A stretch of 64,000 nt of DNA from Dehalococcoidia bacterium (lineage in GTDB: Bacteria > Chloroflexota > Dehalococcoidia > Lucifugimonadales > JAGWBF01), in the NCBI GenBank assembly GCA_965247295.1, contig CBDFGQ010000008.1, forward strand, positions 578,227 to 642,226. The letters run 5' to 3'. Position 1 is the stretch's first letter. Every line of letters begins with the position of its first letter. Position numbers and translations under genes: made by a program. The notes under the pieces are model-generated. The model searched no databases. It saw only the letters and a list, made by a program, of their open reading frames with translations, and was not told where the DNA came from. Positions 32,223-42,389 of the stretch are shown here, piece by piece.

Positions 32223-33038
32223 CTAGTAGAGTCCAGCCATAGAGCCAGCAAACTCTTTGGGCGTTTTACCCTTCAGGGAACTGTGGGGCCTGACCTCGTT
32301 GTAGTCCTGCCGCCAGCTCTCTATGATCTCCCTGGCATGCCTTACACTCATGAACCAGTTGATGTTCAAGCATTCGTCGCGTAGTCGGCCGTTGAAGCTC
32401 TCAGCAAAGGCGTTCTCTACCGGCTTGCCAGGACGTATAAAGCTTAACTTGATGCCCCTCCGACAGGCCCACTCATCCATGGCCTTGCCTGCGAACTCCG
32501 GGCCGTTGTCCACAGTGATCACCTCAGGTAGTCCCCGTGTCTCTTCCAGTCTCTCCAGGACTCCCACCACTCTGGCGCCTCCCAGAGAGGTATCTACCTC
32601 GATGGCTGGGCACTCCCGTGAATAGTCGTCCACTATGGCCAATGCCCGGAAGCGCCGACCGGTCACAGTGCTATCAGAGACAAAATCCATGGACCACCTC
32701 TGATTAGGACGTACAGGAGATGGAATGGTCTCCCGGACCCCTGCCGCCCCTTTGCGCCTCCTCTTCTTCCTGAGCGCAAGCCCCTCTTCACTGTAGATGC
32801 GCTCTGTACGCTTGTGATTGATCACCAGGCCTTCTCTCTTTAGCATGATGTGCAACCTGGGACTGCCAAAGCGCTTCCTCTCCCATGCCAGCTCACGCAT
32901 TCTGCGAAGCAGGGCAGCATCATCACCCTGCTTCGACTTGTACCGATAGACCGAGGGTGAGATACCAGTAAGCAGACAGGCCCTCCTCTCACTCAGCCCA
33001 AGACTCTCTATGGCATATGCCGCTGCCATCTTCCTCAC
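32223..33038 (-). CDS. IS3 transposase OrfB (type C)
   Basis: WSMDF, DNGPEF, PGKPVENAFAESFNG. Confidence 0.95.
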   Translation of the reverse strand: MRKMAAAYAIESLGLSERRACLLTGISPSVYRYKSKQGDDAALLRRMRELAWERKRFGSPRLHIMLKREGLVINHKRTERIYSEEGLALRKKRRRKGAAGVRETIPSPVRPNQRWSMDFVSDSTVTGRRFRALAIVDDYSRECPAIEVDTSLGGARVVGVLERLEETRGLPEVITVDNGPEFAGKAMDEWACRRGIKLSFIRPGKPVENAFAESFNGRLRDECLNINWFMSVRHAREIIESWRQDYNEVRPHSSLKGKTPKEFAGSMAGLY

Positions 33039-33046
33039 CTTGGGCT

Positions 33047-33313
33047 TCAGAAGTTTTTTGCCAGCAACTCCTTCAGAGACCAGTTGTCCAACGCCTGCTG
33101 GGCCACAATCTGCTTCAGGCGCCGGTTCTCTTCCTCAACGGACCTTAGCCTCTTCAACTCGTTCAACGTCAGCCCGGCGTACTTGGCTTTCCATTTGTAG
33201 AAGGTGCCTTCGCTCATGCCGTGACTGCGGCACAGCTCCCCTGTCTTGGCCCCTGCCTCTGCCTCGTTCAGGACCCCTATGATCTGCTCCTCTGTGTACC
33301 TCTTCCGTGCCAT
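33047..33313 (-). CDS. IS3 transposase OrfA (type C)
   Basis: YTEEQII..YKWKAKY..EENRRLK; A6C slippery site. Confidence 0.95.
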   Translation of the reverse strand: MARKRYTEEQIIGVLNEAEAGAKTGELCRSHGMSEGTFYKWKAKYAGLTLNELKRLRSVEEENRRLKQIVAQQALDNWSLKELLAKNF

Positions 33314-33385
33314 GAGCCCTCCTTACTATGTCCTATTTTACCCGGAGGACTCTCTTTGCCACTGTTACTGTTTTCGGGGGTAAGG

Positions 33386-34207
33386 TCATGGTTTATGCAG
33401 CACGAGGCCCATCTTCTTACTCCCGATCAACGAAATCCATGATCCCAGCAACACAGTTTGGAGAATTCGAGGCGTGGAACCTCCGATCACGCCATAAATT
33501 CCCTTGGGACTTAAAGCACGTTTGTAATCGAAAGTCGAATGATGTGCCGCCATATCAACAATCCGGTCATAACGCTGCCCATTTTTGGTGAAATCTTCTC
33601 GAGTGTAATCAATGACCTGGTCTGCACCAATCGAGCGCATCATGTCCAATTTGCTCCTGCTGTCCACGCCCGTCACTTCAACCCCGAATGACTTGGCGAT
33701 CTGCACCGCAAACATACCCGCACCACCACCCGCAACATTAATCAAAACCTTTTGCCCAGGCTGAATCTGCCCTTTATAGCGAAGACCCTGCAGGGCGAGG
33801 ACTGCCGCTTGAGGTACGGCCGCTGCTTCATCGAATGTCATCCCTGACGGTTTCCGCGCTAGTGCATTTTCACGAGCACATACATACTCGGCAAAACCGC
33901 CCCAACCACCCCCGGATATGTCCCCGAATACCTCATCACCTGGCTGAAACAGCTTTACGTTTCTGCCAACCTCTTCAACCCGCCCCGCTATGTCACATCC
34001 AAGTATTTTGATTCTTTTTGGTTTGAGAAGCCCAGCTAGCACGCGGTTCGCGAACGGCTTGCCTCTCAGGAGTCCCCAATCCCAATCATTTACGGATGCC
34101 GCATGAATTTTTACCAAGACATCATCGTCTTTGGGGGTCGGCTTTTGGACCTCTTCAAGATTAAGAACATCAGGTGAGCCGTACTTGTGGTAGACGATTG
34201 CTTTCAT
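33386..34207 (-). pseudogene. NAD(P)-dependent MDR/quinone-reductase-like oxidoreductase, 3'-truncated by IS
   Basis: MKAIVYHKYGSPDVL, AASVN, GGFAEY; stop supplied by the IS end. Confidence 0.85.
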
Positions 34208-34403
34208 AAGTATTCCTCCACTTCGCAGGTTCGGCTGTCCTCTGTTGAACTGACGCCGCTGTACTACCCGAGGTAAGGTTCGAACTCGCGACTCCGGAGT
34301 GTGGAAAAACCCCTTACGAGATTCAACGGGTACCTCTTAGCTGCCAATCTGATTCAAGTCGACGCTATTGACCCGAGCTCGCATCAAAGATGTTACTACA
34401 AAC

Positions 34404-34418
34404 AAGTAATTGCGAGTT
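34404..34418. repeat. 15-bp direct repeat, left copy
   Basis: AAGTAATTGCGAGTT also at 37335-37349. Confidence 0.8.
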
Positions 34419-34657
34419 TCTGGGCTCCCTAATCTCGGTGACACACAAAACCATATTGGGGTCCCTAGTCCAGGGAGGGGCGCTGGCAATCAGTGGGTTT
34501 GGGATCTTTGGGGATGGTCACATGGGAAACGGCGCCAATCCGTAGGGCCCGCGAAGCCCCTGCACGGGGTGCTGAAAACGGGGTGTGTGGAAGGGCGAAG
34601 CCCCTTTGCCGGGTGCCCGAGGGTGTCCCTGAGACATAACTATATCGCGAATTTGTC

Positions 34658-34693
34658 AAAACCAGGGCCCCCGGTGAGATTCCCGGGGGCCCT
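34658..34693 (-). terminator. Intrinsic terminator of the MFS gene
   Basis: 11-bp stem AGGGCCCCCGG/CCGGGGGCCCT followed by GGTTTT on the minus strand. Confidence 0.7.
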
Positions 34694-34723
34694 AGTCACG
34701 GACGCTCGCTCCTAGCGGTGTGG

Positions 34724-36346
34724 TTAGTCTGTACCAGCGGAAACTGGCTCAGCGATGGTCTCCGATGTGGAGGAATCATCTCCCAATTGTTCGGAAGACT
34801 GTGCTCCCTTCCCAGCAACAGCCGGGTCTCGCGCCGGCATAAACCTAGCAACGATAAGCACCCCGACGAGCGAGAACGCGGCGCCAATCAGCACGGCCAG
34901 ACCCAGCGCGTCCGTGAATGCCGACTTCGCAGCGACGGATAGGGCGAGAGCCTCCTCTTGCGGCAGCGCCGCCGCCAGCTGGACTGCGGCCCCGATCGAA
35001 TCTCGTACTACCGCTGCCTGCTCGGCGGGCAGCGATGCCACAGCGTCCCCGAGCCTTGCGGCGTAAATTGCATACATCACGGATCCGACCACGGCGATAC
35101 TGAGCGTGCCTGCAAGCATCTGGGTCACGTCGTTCATGGCTGACCCAACTCCTGCCCTCGCTGTCCCAACCGCGCCCATGACCGCTTCGGCTGCCGGAGC
35201 GAAAACCAGACCTACGCCCAGTGCGAACACGGCCACAATAGGGCCGACCACCAGGTAGGAAGTGTTCGTCTCCCAGCGGAGTATGAGCGGCATCGTAGCT
35301 GTCATGATAACGAGTCCAGCTGCCACGACTCTGGTGGTGCCGAAGCGGCGCACCAACTCCTCACTGGCTATGGCGCCCAACATAAAGCCTCCCGCTATCG
35401 GCAGGAATCGAATTCCCTCGGCCAGCGGAGTGTGTCCCTGAACGAACTGGAGGTACTGCGTGAAGCCGAACATGAAGCCGACCAACGAGAAGAACGCCAG
35501 ACTTACAGCGGCTGCTCCGGTCGAAAACCGCGGCAGCCGGAACAGCGCAAAGTTCAGCAACGGATATTTGGCCTGCCTCTCTCGCAGGACGAAGCCCACT
35601 CCCAAGATGACCGCTGTCGCTACCGTAATTGCGAGCCACGGGGACGCGGCCCCCCACTGGGGACCCTCGATGATGGCGAGGATCAGAGCAGAGACCGCTC
35701 CCATCGATAGAAGTGCGCCCGGAATGTCGAGTGGCCTGCTCTCAGGGTCTCGGCTATCCGGCACGAGGAATAGGCTTGCTGCAATCGCGATCGCGGCAAT
35801 CGGCACGTTCACCAGGAACACCGACCCCCAGTAGAAGTACTTGAGCAGCGCCCCTCCAAGCATCGGTCCAAGCGCGACGCCGATCCCTGCCATCATCGCC
35901 CATATCGCGATCGCTTTCGGCCTCTCCTTTTCTTCGAACACATTCACGATGACGGCCAGGGTCGCCGGCATCATCATCGCTCCGCCCACACCCATGATTG
36001 CCCGGGCCCCGATCAACTGCGCAGGAGATAGCGCCAGCGCCGCGCCAAGCGAAGACAGGGCGAACACCGCGAGCCCATAGCGCAGCATCCGGGCCCGTCC
36101 GAACCGGTCACCGACACCGCCCATCGTCAGCAGCAGGCCACCAAAGACCAGCATGTACGAGTTGACCATCCACAGCAGCGACGAGGCCGACGCTCCCAGG
36201 TCTCGCTGCAGCGACGGTATAGCCACGTTGAGAATCGTTTCATCGATGGTTGCTAACAGGACAGTGACCGAAACTACTGCGAGCGTCCACCAGCGCATCC
36301 GATAAATGCGCGACTGAGCCTTTTCCTGGGTTGTGATGCCGTCCAT
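34724..36346 (-). CDS. DHA2 (EmrB/QacA) MFS efflux transporter
   Basis: DETILNVAIP, GDRFGR, FLVNVPI, 14 TM. Confidence 0.92.
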   Translation of the reverse strand: MDGITTQEKAQSRIYRMRWWTLAVVSVTVLLATIDETILNVAIPSLQRDLGASASSLLWMVNSYMLVFGGLLLTMGGVGDRFGRARMLRYGLAVFALSSLGAALALSPAQLIGARAIMGVGGAMMMPATLAVIVNVFEEKERPKAIAIWAMMAGIGVALGPMLGGALLKYFYWGSVFLVNVPIAAIAIAASLFLVPDSRDPESRPLDIPGALLSMGAVSALILAIIEGPQWGAASPWLAITVATAVILGVGFVLRERQAKYPLLNFALFRLPRFSTGAAAVSLAFFSLVGFMFGFTQYLQFVQGHTPLAEGIRFLPIAGGFMLGAIASEELVRRFGTTRVVAAGLVIMTATMPLILRWETNTSYLVVGPIVAVFALGVGLVFAPAAEAVMGAVGTARAGVGSAMNDVTQMLAGTLSIAVVGSVMYAIYAARLGDAVASLPAEQAAVVRDSIGAAVQLAAALPQEEALALSVAAKSAFTDALGLAVLIGAAFSLVGVLIVARFMPARDPAVAGKGAQSSEQLGDDSSTSETIAEPVSAGTD

Positions 36347-36367
36347 GATAGCCTCCTTTCGGTGTTT

Positions 36368-36505
36368 ATGACTGACTATTAGTCATCCTCTGGTAAAAAA
36401 TGGGAGACTCTTTGCCGCCTCTTGTAATCGGTAGGGTCGATGACTTTGCCATGGCCAAAGGACTGACTCCTCTATCCTTCATAAGTATGACTGACTCTCA
36501 GTCAC
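36368..36505. promoter_or_regulatory. Two TetR operator palindromes upstream of the MFS gene
   Basis: ATGACTGActaTTAGTCAT (36368) and ATGACTGActcTCAGTCAC (36487). Confidence 0.8.
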
Positions 36506-36522
36506 CGTCATGCAAAAAAAAC

Positions 36523-37131
36523 CTAACCGGTTCTTCGTCTTAGCGCGTTCAGAAGCAGTGCGGACACACCTTGCTCGAGCCGGTCCGACTCTTCCCTCTC
36601 ACCAAAAACAAAGGCCTCGATCATGGCATGCTGAAGCAGGCCGGTTGCCAGCCGAGCCGTGATCTCCGGGTCCATCGCCTCCATCTCTCCCGAGTCGACC
36701 GCATCCCTGAAGAGATCCGTAATAGCTCTCAGGATCGAGGCGTGCTCCTTGGACTCGCTGTGCATCTCGGGGTGTGTTTCGTCAGCTCCTATGAACGCCA
36801 GCCTGAAGAGGTCAGCGTTCCTTCGAGCTACCTTGAAGCCTGCTGCGATCAGCGATTGGAGCCGGTCCTCAAAAGACGTGTGCGATTTCACCGCGGTTAT
36901 CACCGCCCGAGCCATGGTCTCCATCAGCCCGTCACGCAGAGATACGGCGGCGTCCTTCTTCGACGGGAAGTAGAGATAGAAAGTCCCTTGGGCCACCCCT
37001 GCCTCACGCACTATCTCAGAGACACTCGCCCCGTCGTATCCTTTGGCACGAAACACTTTTCGAGCTGCTCTGAGCAGCTGTGCCCTTCGCACTGGTTCGC
37101 TTTCGGTCCTTCTTCTCCTGGTCGCAGGCAC
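36523..37131 (-). CDS. TetR/AcrR family regulator
   Basis: KGYDGASVSEIVREAGVAQGTFYLYFPSK. Confidence 0.93.
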   Translation of the reverse strand: MPATRRRRTESEPVRRAQLLRAARKVFRAKGYDGASVSEIVREAGVAQGTFYLYFPSKKDAAVSLRDGLMETMARAVITAVKSHTSFEDRLQSLIAAGFKVARRNADLFRLAFIGADETHPEMHSESKEHASILRAITDLFRDAVDSGEMEAMDPEITARLATGLLQHAMIEAFVFGEREESDRLEQGVSALLLNALRRRTG

Positions 37132-37166
37132 CGCGTCCTCCTGTAATTCATGATGTATCCTCTATT

Positions 37167-37185
37167 ATGACTGACGCTCAGTCAG
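37167..37185. promoter_or_regulatory. TetR autoregulatory operator
   Basis: ATGACTGAcgcTCAGTCAG. Confidence 0.8.
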
Positions 37186-37334
37186 TTATCAAGGGGGACC
37201 CCACCGTGACCCTGAATATTGGACCTTCTGTAAAACGAGTCTTCCAGGTCATGCAATTAGGGGTACAGGGTGTCGCCGAAAGGGGTACTGGTGTCGCTGC
37301 GGTTGACTAATTTATGCCAAAGACTACCACTAAT

Positions 37335-37349
37335 AAGTAATTGCGAGTT
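37335..37349. repeat. 15-bp direct repeat, right copy
   Basis: AAGTAATTGCGAGTT also at 34404-34418. Confidence 0.8.
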
Positions 37350-37385
37350 CATCCCTCCCACGTCTCCACCAAGCTACGAAATGGG

Positions 37386-37416
37386 GCCTCAATCCGAGAG
37401 GGTTGAGGCATTTTTG
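37386..37416 (+). terminator. Intrinsic terminator-like hairpin
   Basis: GCCTCAATCC-gaga-GGGTTGAGGC-ATTTTT. Confidence 0.6.
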
Positions 37417-37764
37417 TATCTAAGTAGTTGGACGGGGGGACGGGGGCCTCCGCCAAAACCGAACTCCCCGTCCATCACCAATCCTGCCGACCGTGATCGA
37501 CCTTCATTCTCGCGAGCTTACCGGAGCTAGCGAGCCCCCCATATCTGCTGCTTAAGATTCGACGCTAACAGCATTTTGGCTCGCCACCAGCTTCGAACAA
37601 TTGCGCGCAGGTGGAATTCGACCCCCTTACCTTTCCGAAAAAACCTACGATGCGATGCTCCGATCTCGATTTGTTGGCTGTTGTGGTTATGACCTTACCC
37701 CCGAAAACAGTAACAGTGGCAAAGAGAGTCCTCCGGGTAAAATAGGACATAGTAAGGAGGGCTC

Positions 37765-38031
37765 ATGGCACGGAAGAGGTACACAGAGGAGCAGATCATA
37801 GGGGTCCTGAACGAGGCAGAGGCAGGGGCCAAGACAGGGGAGCTGTGCCGCAGTCACGGCATGAGCGAAGGCACCTTCTACAAATGGAAAGCCAAGTACG
37901 CCGGGCTGACGTTGAACGAGTTGAAGAGGCTAAGGTCCGTTGAGGAAGAGAACCGGCGCCTGAAGCAGATTGTGGCCCAGCAGGCGTTGGACAACTGGTC
38001 TCTGAAGGAGTTGCTGGCAAAAAACTTCTGA
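37765..38031 (+). CDS. IS3 transposase OrfA (type C)
   Basis: Identical to 33047-33313. Confidence 0.95.
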   Translation: MARKRYTEEQIIGVLNEAEAGAKTGELCRSHGMSEGTFYKWKAKYAGLTLNELKRLRSVEEENRRLKQIVAQQALDNWSLKELLAKNF

Positions 38032-38039
38032 AGCCCAAG

Positions 38040-38855
38040 GTGAGGAAGATGGCAGCGGCATATGCCATAGAGAGTCTTGGGCTGAGTGAGAGGAGGGCCT
38101 GTCTGCTTACTGGTATCTCACCCTCGGTCTATCGGTACAAGTCGAAGCAGGGTGATGATGCTGCCCTGCTTCGCAGAATGCGTGAGCTGGCATGGGAGAG
38201 GAAGCGCTTTGGCAGTCCCAGGTTGCACATCATGCTAAAGAGAGAAGGCCTGGTGATCAATCACAAGCGTACAGAGCGCATCTACAGTGAAGAGGGGCTT
38301 GCGCTCAGGAAGAAGAGGAGGCGCAAAGGGGCGGCAGGGGTCCGGGAGACCATTCCATCTCCTGTACGTCCTAATCAGAGGTGGTCCATGGATTTTGTCT
38401 CTGATAGCACTGTGACCGGTCGGCGCTTCCGGGCATTGGCCATAGTGGACGACTATTCACGGGAGTGCCCAGCCATCGAGGTAGATACCTCTCTGGGAGG
38501 CGCCAGAGTGGTGGGAGTCCTGGAGAGACTGGAAGAGACACGGGGACTACCTGAGGTGATCACTGTGGACAACGGCCCGGAGTTCGCAGGCAAGGCCATG
38601 GATGAGTGGGCCTGTCGGAGGGGCATCAAGTTAAGCTTTATACGTCCTGGCAAGCCGGTAGAGAACGCCTTTGCTGAGAGCTTCAACGGCCGACTACGCG
38701 ACGAATGCTTGAACATCAACTGGTTCATGAGTGTAAGGCATGCCAGGGAGATCATAGAGAGCTGGCGGCAGGACTACAACGAGGTCAGGCCCCACAGTTC
38801 CCTGAAGGGTAAAACGCCCAAAGAGTTTGCTGGCTCTATGGCTGGACTCTACTAG
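38040..38855 (+). CDS. IS3 transposase OrfB (type C)
   Basis: Identical to 32223-33038. Confidence 0.95.
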   Translation: MRKMAAAYAIESLGLSERRACLLTGISPSVYRYKSKQGDDAALLRRMRELAWERKRFGSPRLHIMLKREGLVINHKRTERIYSEEGLALRKKRRRKGAAGVRETIPSPVRPNQRWSMDFVSDSTVTGRRFRALAIVDDYSRECPAIEVDTSLGGARVVGVLERLEETRGLPEVITVDNGPEFAGKAMDEWACRRGIKLSFIRPGKPVENAFAESFNGRLRDECLNINWFMSVRHAREIIESWRQDYNEVRPHSSLKGKTPKEFAGSMAGLY

Positions 38856-39051
38856 CCAATGATACTAACTTCGGGGTAAGGTCAGTTAGACGATCTGTAG
38901 GGAAGGAGGTAAGGACATCCATCAACGGTAATCCCGCGGTCCGATTCCACTTCGAGGAAGTACGTTGATTCGAAGGATATTGGAAGAGTTTGACTAACGT
39001 GCCGTTTCTTTTACAATTGAGGTCGGACGTAAATAGTGGACACCAAACCTT

Positions 39052-39915
39052 TCATGCTGCTGGTAGTCCGGCATAGAATCTCTGCTCATACGCCGCGGGT
39101 GACAGGAACCCCAGCCTGGCCTGGCGGCGCTGGCGGTTATAGAAGAGCTCGATATATTCCGTGATCTCTCGAGCTGCCTCCTGCCTGCTTCTGTAATGAC
39201 GGTGGTGGACCAACTCCTGCTTGAGTGTGGCCCAGAAGCTCTCCATCGGAGCATTATCAAAGCAGTTCCCCTTCCCGCTCATGGAAGATCGCAGGCCAGA
39301 CCGCTCGAGAAAACCTCTGTATTCCTGGGAGCAATACTAACTGCCTCGGTCAGAGTGATGCATCAGGCCCCTCGCTGGACGTTTGGCTCTCAGCGCCCGC
39401 AATAGAGACTGACTAACCAGGTTCTTGGTCATCCGCTCTCCCATGGCATAGCCCACAATCTCTCCGGTGAACAGGTCCTTGTGGCCCGCCAGATATAGCC
39501 AGCCCTCATCGGTCGGTATATAGGTGATGTCACTCACCCACACAGTGTTCGGCCTCCAGACCTTGAACTGCTGGCCCAATATGTTATCCGCAACCGGTAG
39601 TCTGTGCCCGGAGTCGGTGGTGGCCTTGAATCTCCTCTTCTGCCTGCAGCGTATGCCAAGCTTCTTTCGGATACGCTTGATGCGACAGATGCCCACCCGA
39701 ACGCCATGCTCCGCCAGGTCGCGCTGTAACCGTTCCGGGCCATAGGTCTGTCTCGTCCGCTTGTGGGCTGCCCTGATCTCCAGCTCCAGCCGCACTTCCT
39801 CCTGTGCTCGCCTGGACGATGGCCGGTCCACCCAGGCATAGTAGCCACTGGCCGATACGTTCAACAACCGGCCCAAGACACATTTGGGGTAGTCGAGCCG
39901 CAGTTCTTTCATCAT
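39052..39915 (-). pseudogene. IS3 OrfB with premature stop
   Basis: HHSDRGS* versus HHSDRGSQY in copy 1. Confidence 0.9.
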
Positions 39916-40226
39916 CGCGTACCGGGCAGCGATTCCCTGGCAAAGTACGCGGCTGCTTTTTTTAGTATGTCCCGCTCCATCTTCACTTCCGCCAGTTCCT
40001 TCTTCGTCCGGGCAAGGTCCATCTCTACTTCTGTCATGGGCCTGTACGTCTTGCCCACATCTCCCAGTTTGCCAGCCCTATGTGCCTTCACCCAGTACCC
40101 TAATGTCGATGGCGGCAAGGACAGCCGGCGGCCTGCCTCTGGCAATGATAGCTTCTCTTCTGTTACCAGCCTCACTGCTTCCTGCCGGAATTCCCTGCTG
40201 TACCTTCCTTGTGGAACCCTTTTCAT
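39912..40226 (-). CDS. IS3 transposase OrfA (type B)
   Basis: Identical to 8945-9259. Confidence 0.93.
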   Translation of the reverse strand: MKRVPQGRYSREFRQEAVRLVTEEKLSLPEAGRRLSLPPSTLGYWVKAHRAGKLGDVGKTYRPMTEVEMDLARTKKELAEVKMERDILKKAAAYFARESLPGTR

Positions 40227-40426
40227 TCTGACACCTCCGTCGTATTATCCTACTCCGACTTTGGTGTCCATTTTTTCCATCCTACCTCAAATTGGTTGAT
40301 GCGAAACATCATCGTGGGCCGTCGGATCTTTAGGGAACGTTACAGCCCGGCACCAGTCTCAAGACCCTCAAGACCTCCGGGCCGACCGGCCGTTCCGGTA
40401 TGCGTTCCAACCGAAAGGAGCCAACC

Positions 40427-41446
40427 ATGAGTCAAGCTGAGCCCCCCCTGAACCTAGACGCAGAGAGTGTCAACGAATTGGCTCGTTGCTTCTGGTACTC
40501 CTCGATACTGCGCGCTGGAATAAAGCTAGGGGTGTTCGATCTCCTGGAAAACGAGATGCTTACCTCTGGTGAAGTAGCAGACCGCATCAGCGCGGCTCCC
40601 GGGTACGTTCATGCATTCCTTGATTCATGCGTGGCCTTAGACCTTTTGGAAAATCCTGGGGACAATTACATCAATTCGCCCCTTGCATCTAAGTTCCTGG
40701 TCAAAGGTAAAAAGGAATACCTAGGTGATCACGCCCTTCATCATACAAATACCTGGACGCTGTGGGGCCGACTCGATGAGATAATCAAGGAAGGAAAGAC
40801 CCAGGTACCCTATGAAACCGGATACGTGGACGCACCCACGTACTGGATGAACTACATGATGGGCCAGCATAACCGGGCTGCGTCTGGTCAAGCATACCAT
40901 CTGGTAGAAAATCTAAACCTTCGGGGTAGGCGGAAGCTCCTGGACTTGGGTGGAGGCACTGCCAGCTACAGTATCGCTTTGTGCGGTGCGAACCCCCAGC
41001 TTCGAGCAGTAGTAGTAGACCGCAAGGAGCCCTTGAGCATAGCGAGACCGCTGGTAGAAGAACACCACCTACAGAACCAGATTACCCTTCTCGAGGGAGA
41101 CTTGTTCGCCGTGACATTAGAACAAGACTTCGATGCCGCTCTCATCTCAGGAGTGATCTTGATCAAGCCGGAGAAAGATGGCCGCCGTTTGTTTGAGCTT
41201 GCCTACCGTTACTTGCTCCCTGGGGGCTTGATTATAGTGCAGGACTATATGCGCGTGGACTACAGTCCCGAACGAGTGCGGTTGGACACCCTAGAGAATA
41301 TGTACGTCAAATTAGCCTCCGACCCCGGCGCGGAGGATCGGGACGGAGAAGTAGTGGCTTCTTGGCTTGTCGACGCAGGCTTCGAAAACCCCAAGCTGAT
41401 CCCATTACCGACACAGCTGGCCCTGATTACCGCTGAGAAGCCCTGA
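40427..41446 (+). CDS. SAM methyltransferase (Methyltransf_2 with dimerisation domain)
   Basis: LGVFDLL wHTH, LLDLGGGTA, EGDLF, LLPGG. Confidence 0.9.
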   Translation: MSQAEPPLNLDAESVNELARCFWYSSILRAGIKLGVFDLLENEMLTSGEVADRISAAPGYVHAFLDSCVALDLLENPGDNYINSPLASKFLVKGKKEYLGDHALHHTNTWTLWGRLDEIIKEGKTQVPYETGYVDAPTYWMNYMMGQHNRAASGQAYHLVENLNLRGRRKLLDLGGGTASYSIALCGANPQLRAVVVDRKEPLSIARPLVEEHHLQNQITLLEGDLFAVTLEQDFDAALISGVILIKPEKDGRRLFELAYRYLLPGGLIIVQDYMRVDYSPERVRLDTLENMYVKLASDPGAEDRDGEVVASWLVDAGFENPKLIPLPTQLALITAEKP

Positions 41447-41482
41447 TAGACCAGTTCATAGCGTCCGCGGACGAGGTTAACG

Positions 41483-42193
41483 ATGTGCGCATCATCCCAA
41501 CGTAACGAACAGATTGGCTATTCGGAGGGGTTCTACCGACGCCACTCCGATCGGTATGCCGAGGTTGCCCACCAGCTACTGCAGTCGGTCTACATCCATT
41601 CGTCGCACCCAGCTCTTCAAGGCGACCTGGATCTGCTGGAGCGACTCAAAGAGCTGATCCCTGGCCGCCGTGGGTTGGACGCCGGGTGTGGCGCTGGAGC
41701 CCGCGACGTGTACGACTTCTGGAACAGCGGCTACGATATTTATGGGATCGACGCTGTGGAGGAAAACATCCGGGTTGCAAAGCAGCTTCATCCCGAGATC
41801 GCCGACCGGGTCTCCGTAGCCGACCTGCGCTATCCTCTAGAGTTTGCCGACAGGTCCTTCGACTTCGTGATATGCAGTGCGGTCATCCAGCACATTGCCC
41901 CCGAGCAGGTGTTTGAGGTGACCCTGCGTGAGCCAGTGAGGGTATTGAAGTCTGGCGGGGTACTTCAACTCATGTTCAAAAACGGCCAAGGTGTGCAAAC
42001 AGTGTTCGATGGCGATTATGGTGTGAACCGGTCCTTTCAACTATACGACGAGCACGACATTCTGCGAAAGCTGAATTCATATAGGATGAGCTTGGTGGAC
42101 GGCGTGGACCCCAAGCTGCTTGGGGGAATCATGTACTTCACGGACCCCAAGCCAGTGGACCACTGCGTCTTTTACGCCCGGAAGGTTGGTTAG
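41483..42193 (+). CDS. Class I SAM methyltransferase
   Basis: LDAGCGAG, GID, ADL, FDFV..AVIQH, RVLKSGG. Confidence 0.88.
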   Translation: MCASSQRNEQIGYSEGFYRRHSDRYAEVAHQLLQSVYIHSSHPALQGDLDLLERLKELIPGRRGLDAGCGAGARDVYDFWNSGYDIYGIDAVEENIRVAKQLHPEIADRVSVADLRYPLEFADRSFDFVICSAVIQHIAPEQVFEVTLREPVRVLKSGGVLQLMFKNGQGVQTVFDGDYGVNRSFQLYDEHDILRKLNSYRMSLVDGVDPKLLGGIMYFTDPKPVDHCVFYARKVG

Positions 42194-42360
42194 GCTACCA
42201 GGCTTAGAGCGGCTGAGCCAATCACCTTCGGTGGGGCGGCGACGGCATACCACCATATGGCACCAATCCATAGAATGATTTCTTACACCCTGTGGTAACC
42301 TCTGCCGACTTCAACGACCCACTGAGTCCTGGTCGAGCCTTAATGGGTGCATTGAGCCGT

Positions 42361-42389
42361 TTGACAGCGAGTGACCATGTCATTATCAT
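42361..42389 (+). promoter_or_regulatory. Putative sigma70 promoter of the phosphonate operon
   Basis: TTGACA-17bp-TATCAT, ~270 nt upstream of the phnA-like start. Confidence 0.5.

Larger units (their letters stand above)
32194..33388 (-). mobile_element. IS3-family (IS407-group) element type C, copy 1
   Basis: IRs TGACCTTACCCCG / CGGGGGTAAGGTCA; no target duplication. Confidence 0.95.
37690..38884 (+). mobile_element. IS type C, copy 2
   Basis: Same IRs; 4-bp target duplication GTTA. Confidence 0.95.
39018..40289 (-). mobile_element. IS type B, copy 2 (OrfB has a nonsense mutation)
   Basis: 3-bp target duplication AAT; CAG>TAG at ~39338. Confidence 0.95.

Noticed and set aside
34261-34335. 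tRNA-like sequence on the minus strand (GAGTTCGAACC), with a similar trace at ~37605-37635
   Set aside because: Mismatched T-stem and no credible D or anticodon arms; at most decayed relics, would need tRNAscan-SE
32194-38884. Composite transposon formed by two inverted type C IS copies around the MFS/TetR cargo
   Set aside because: Copy 2 has its own GTTA duplication and the outer flanks do not match, so these are independent insertions
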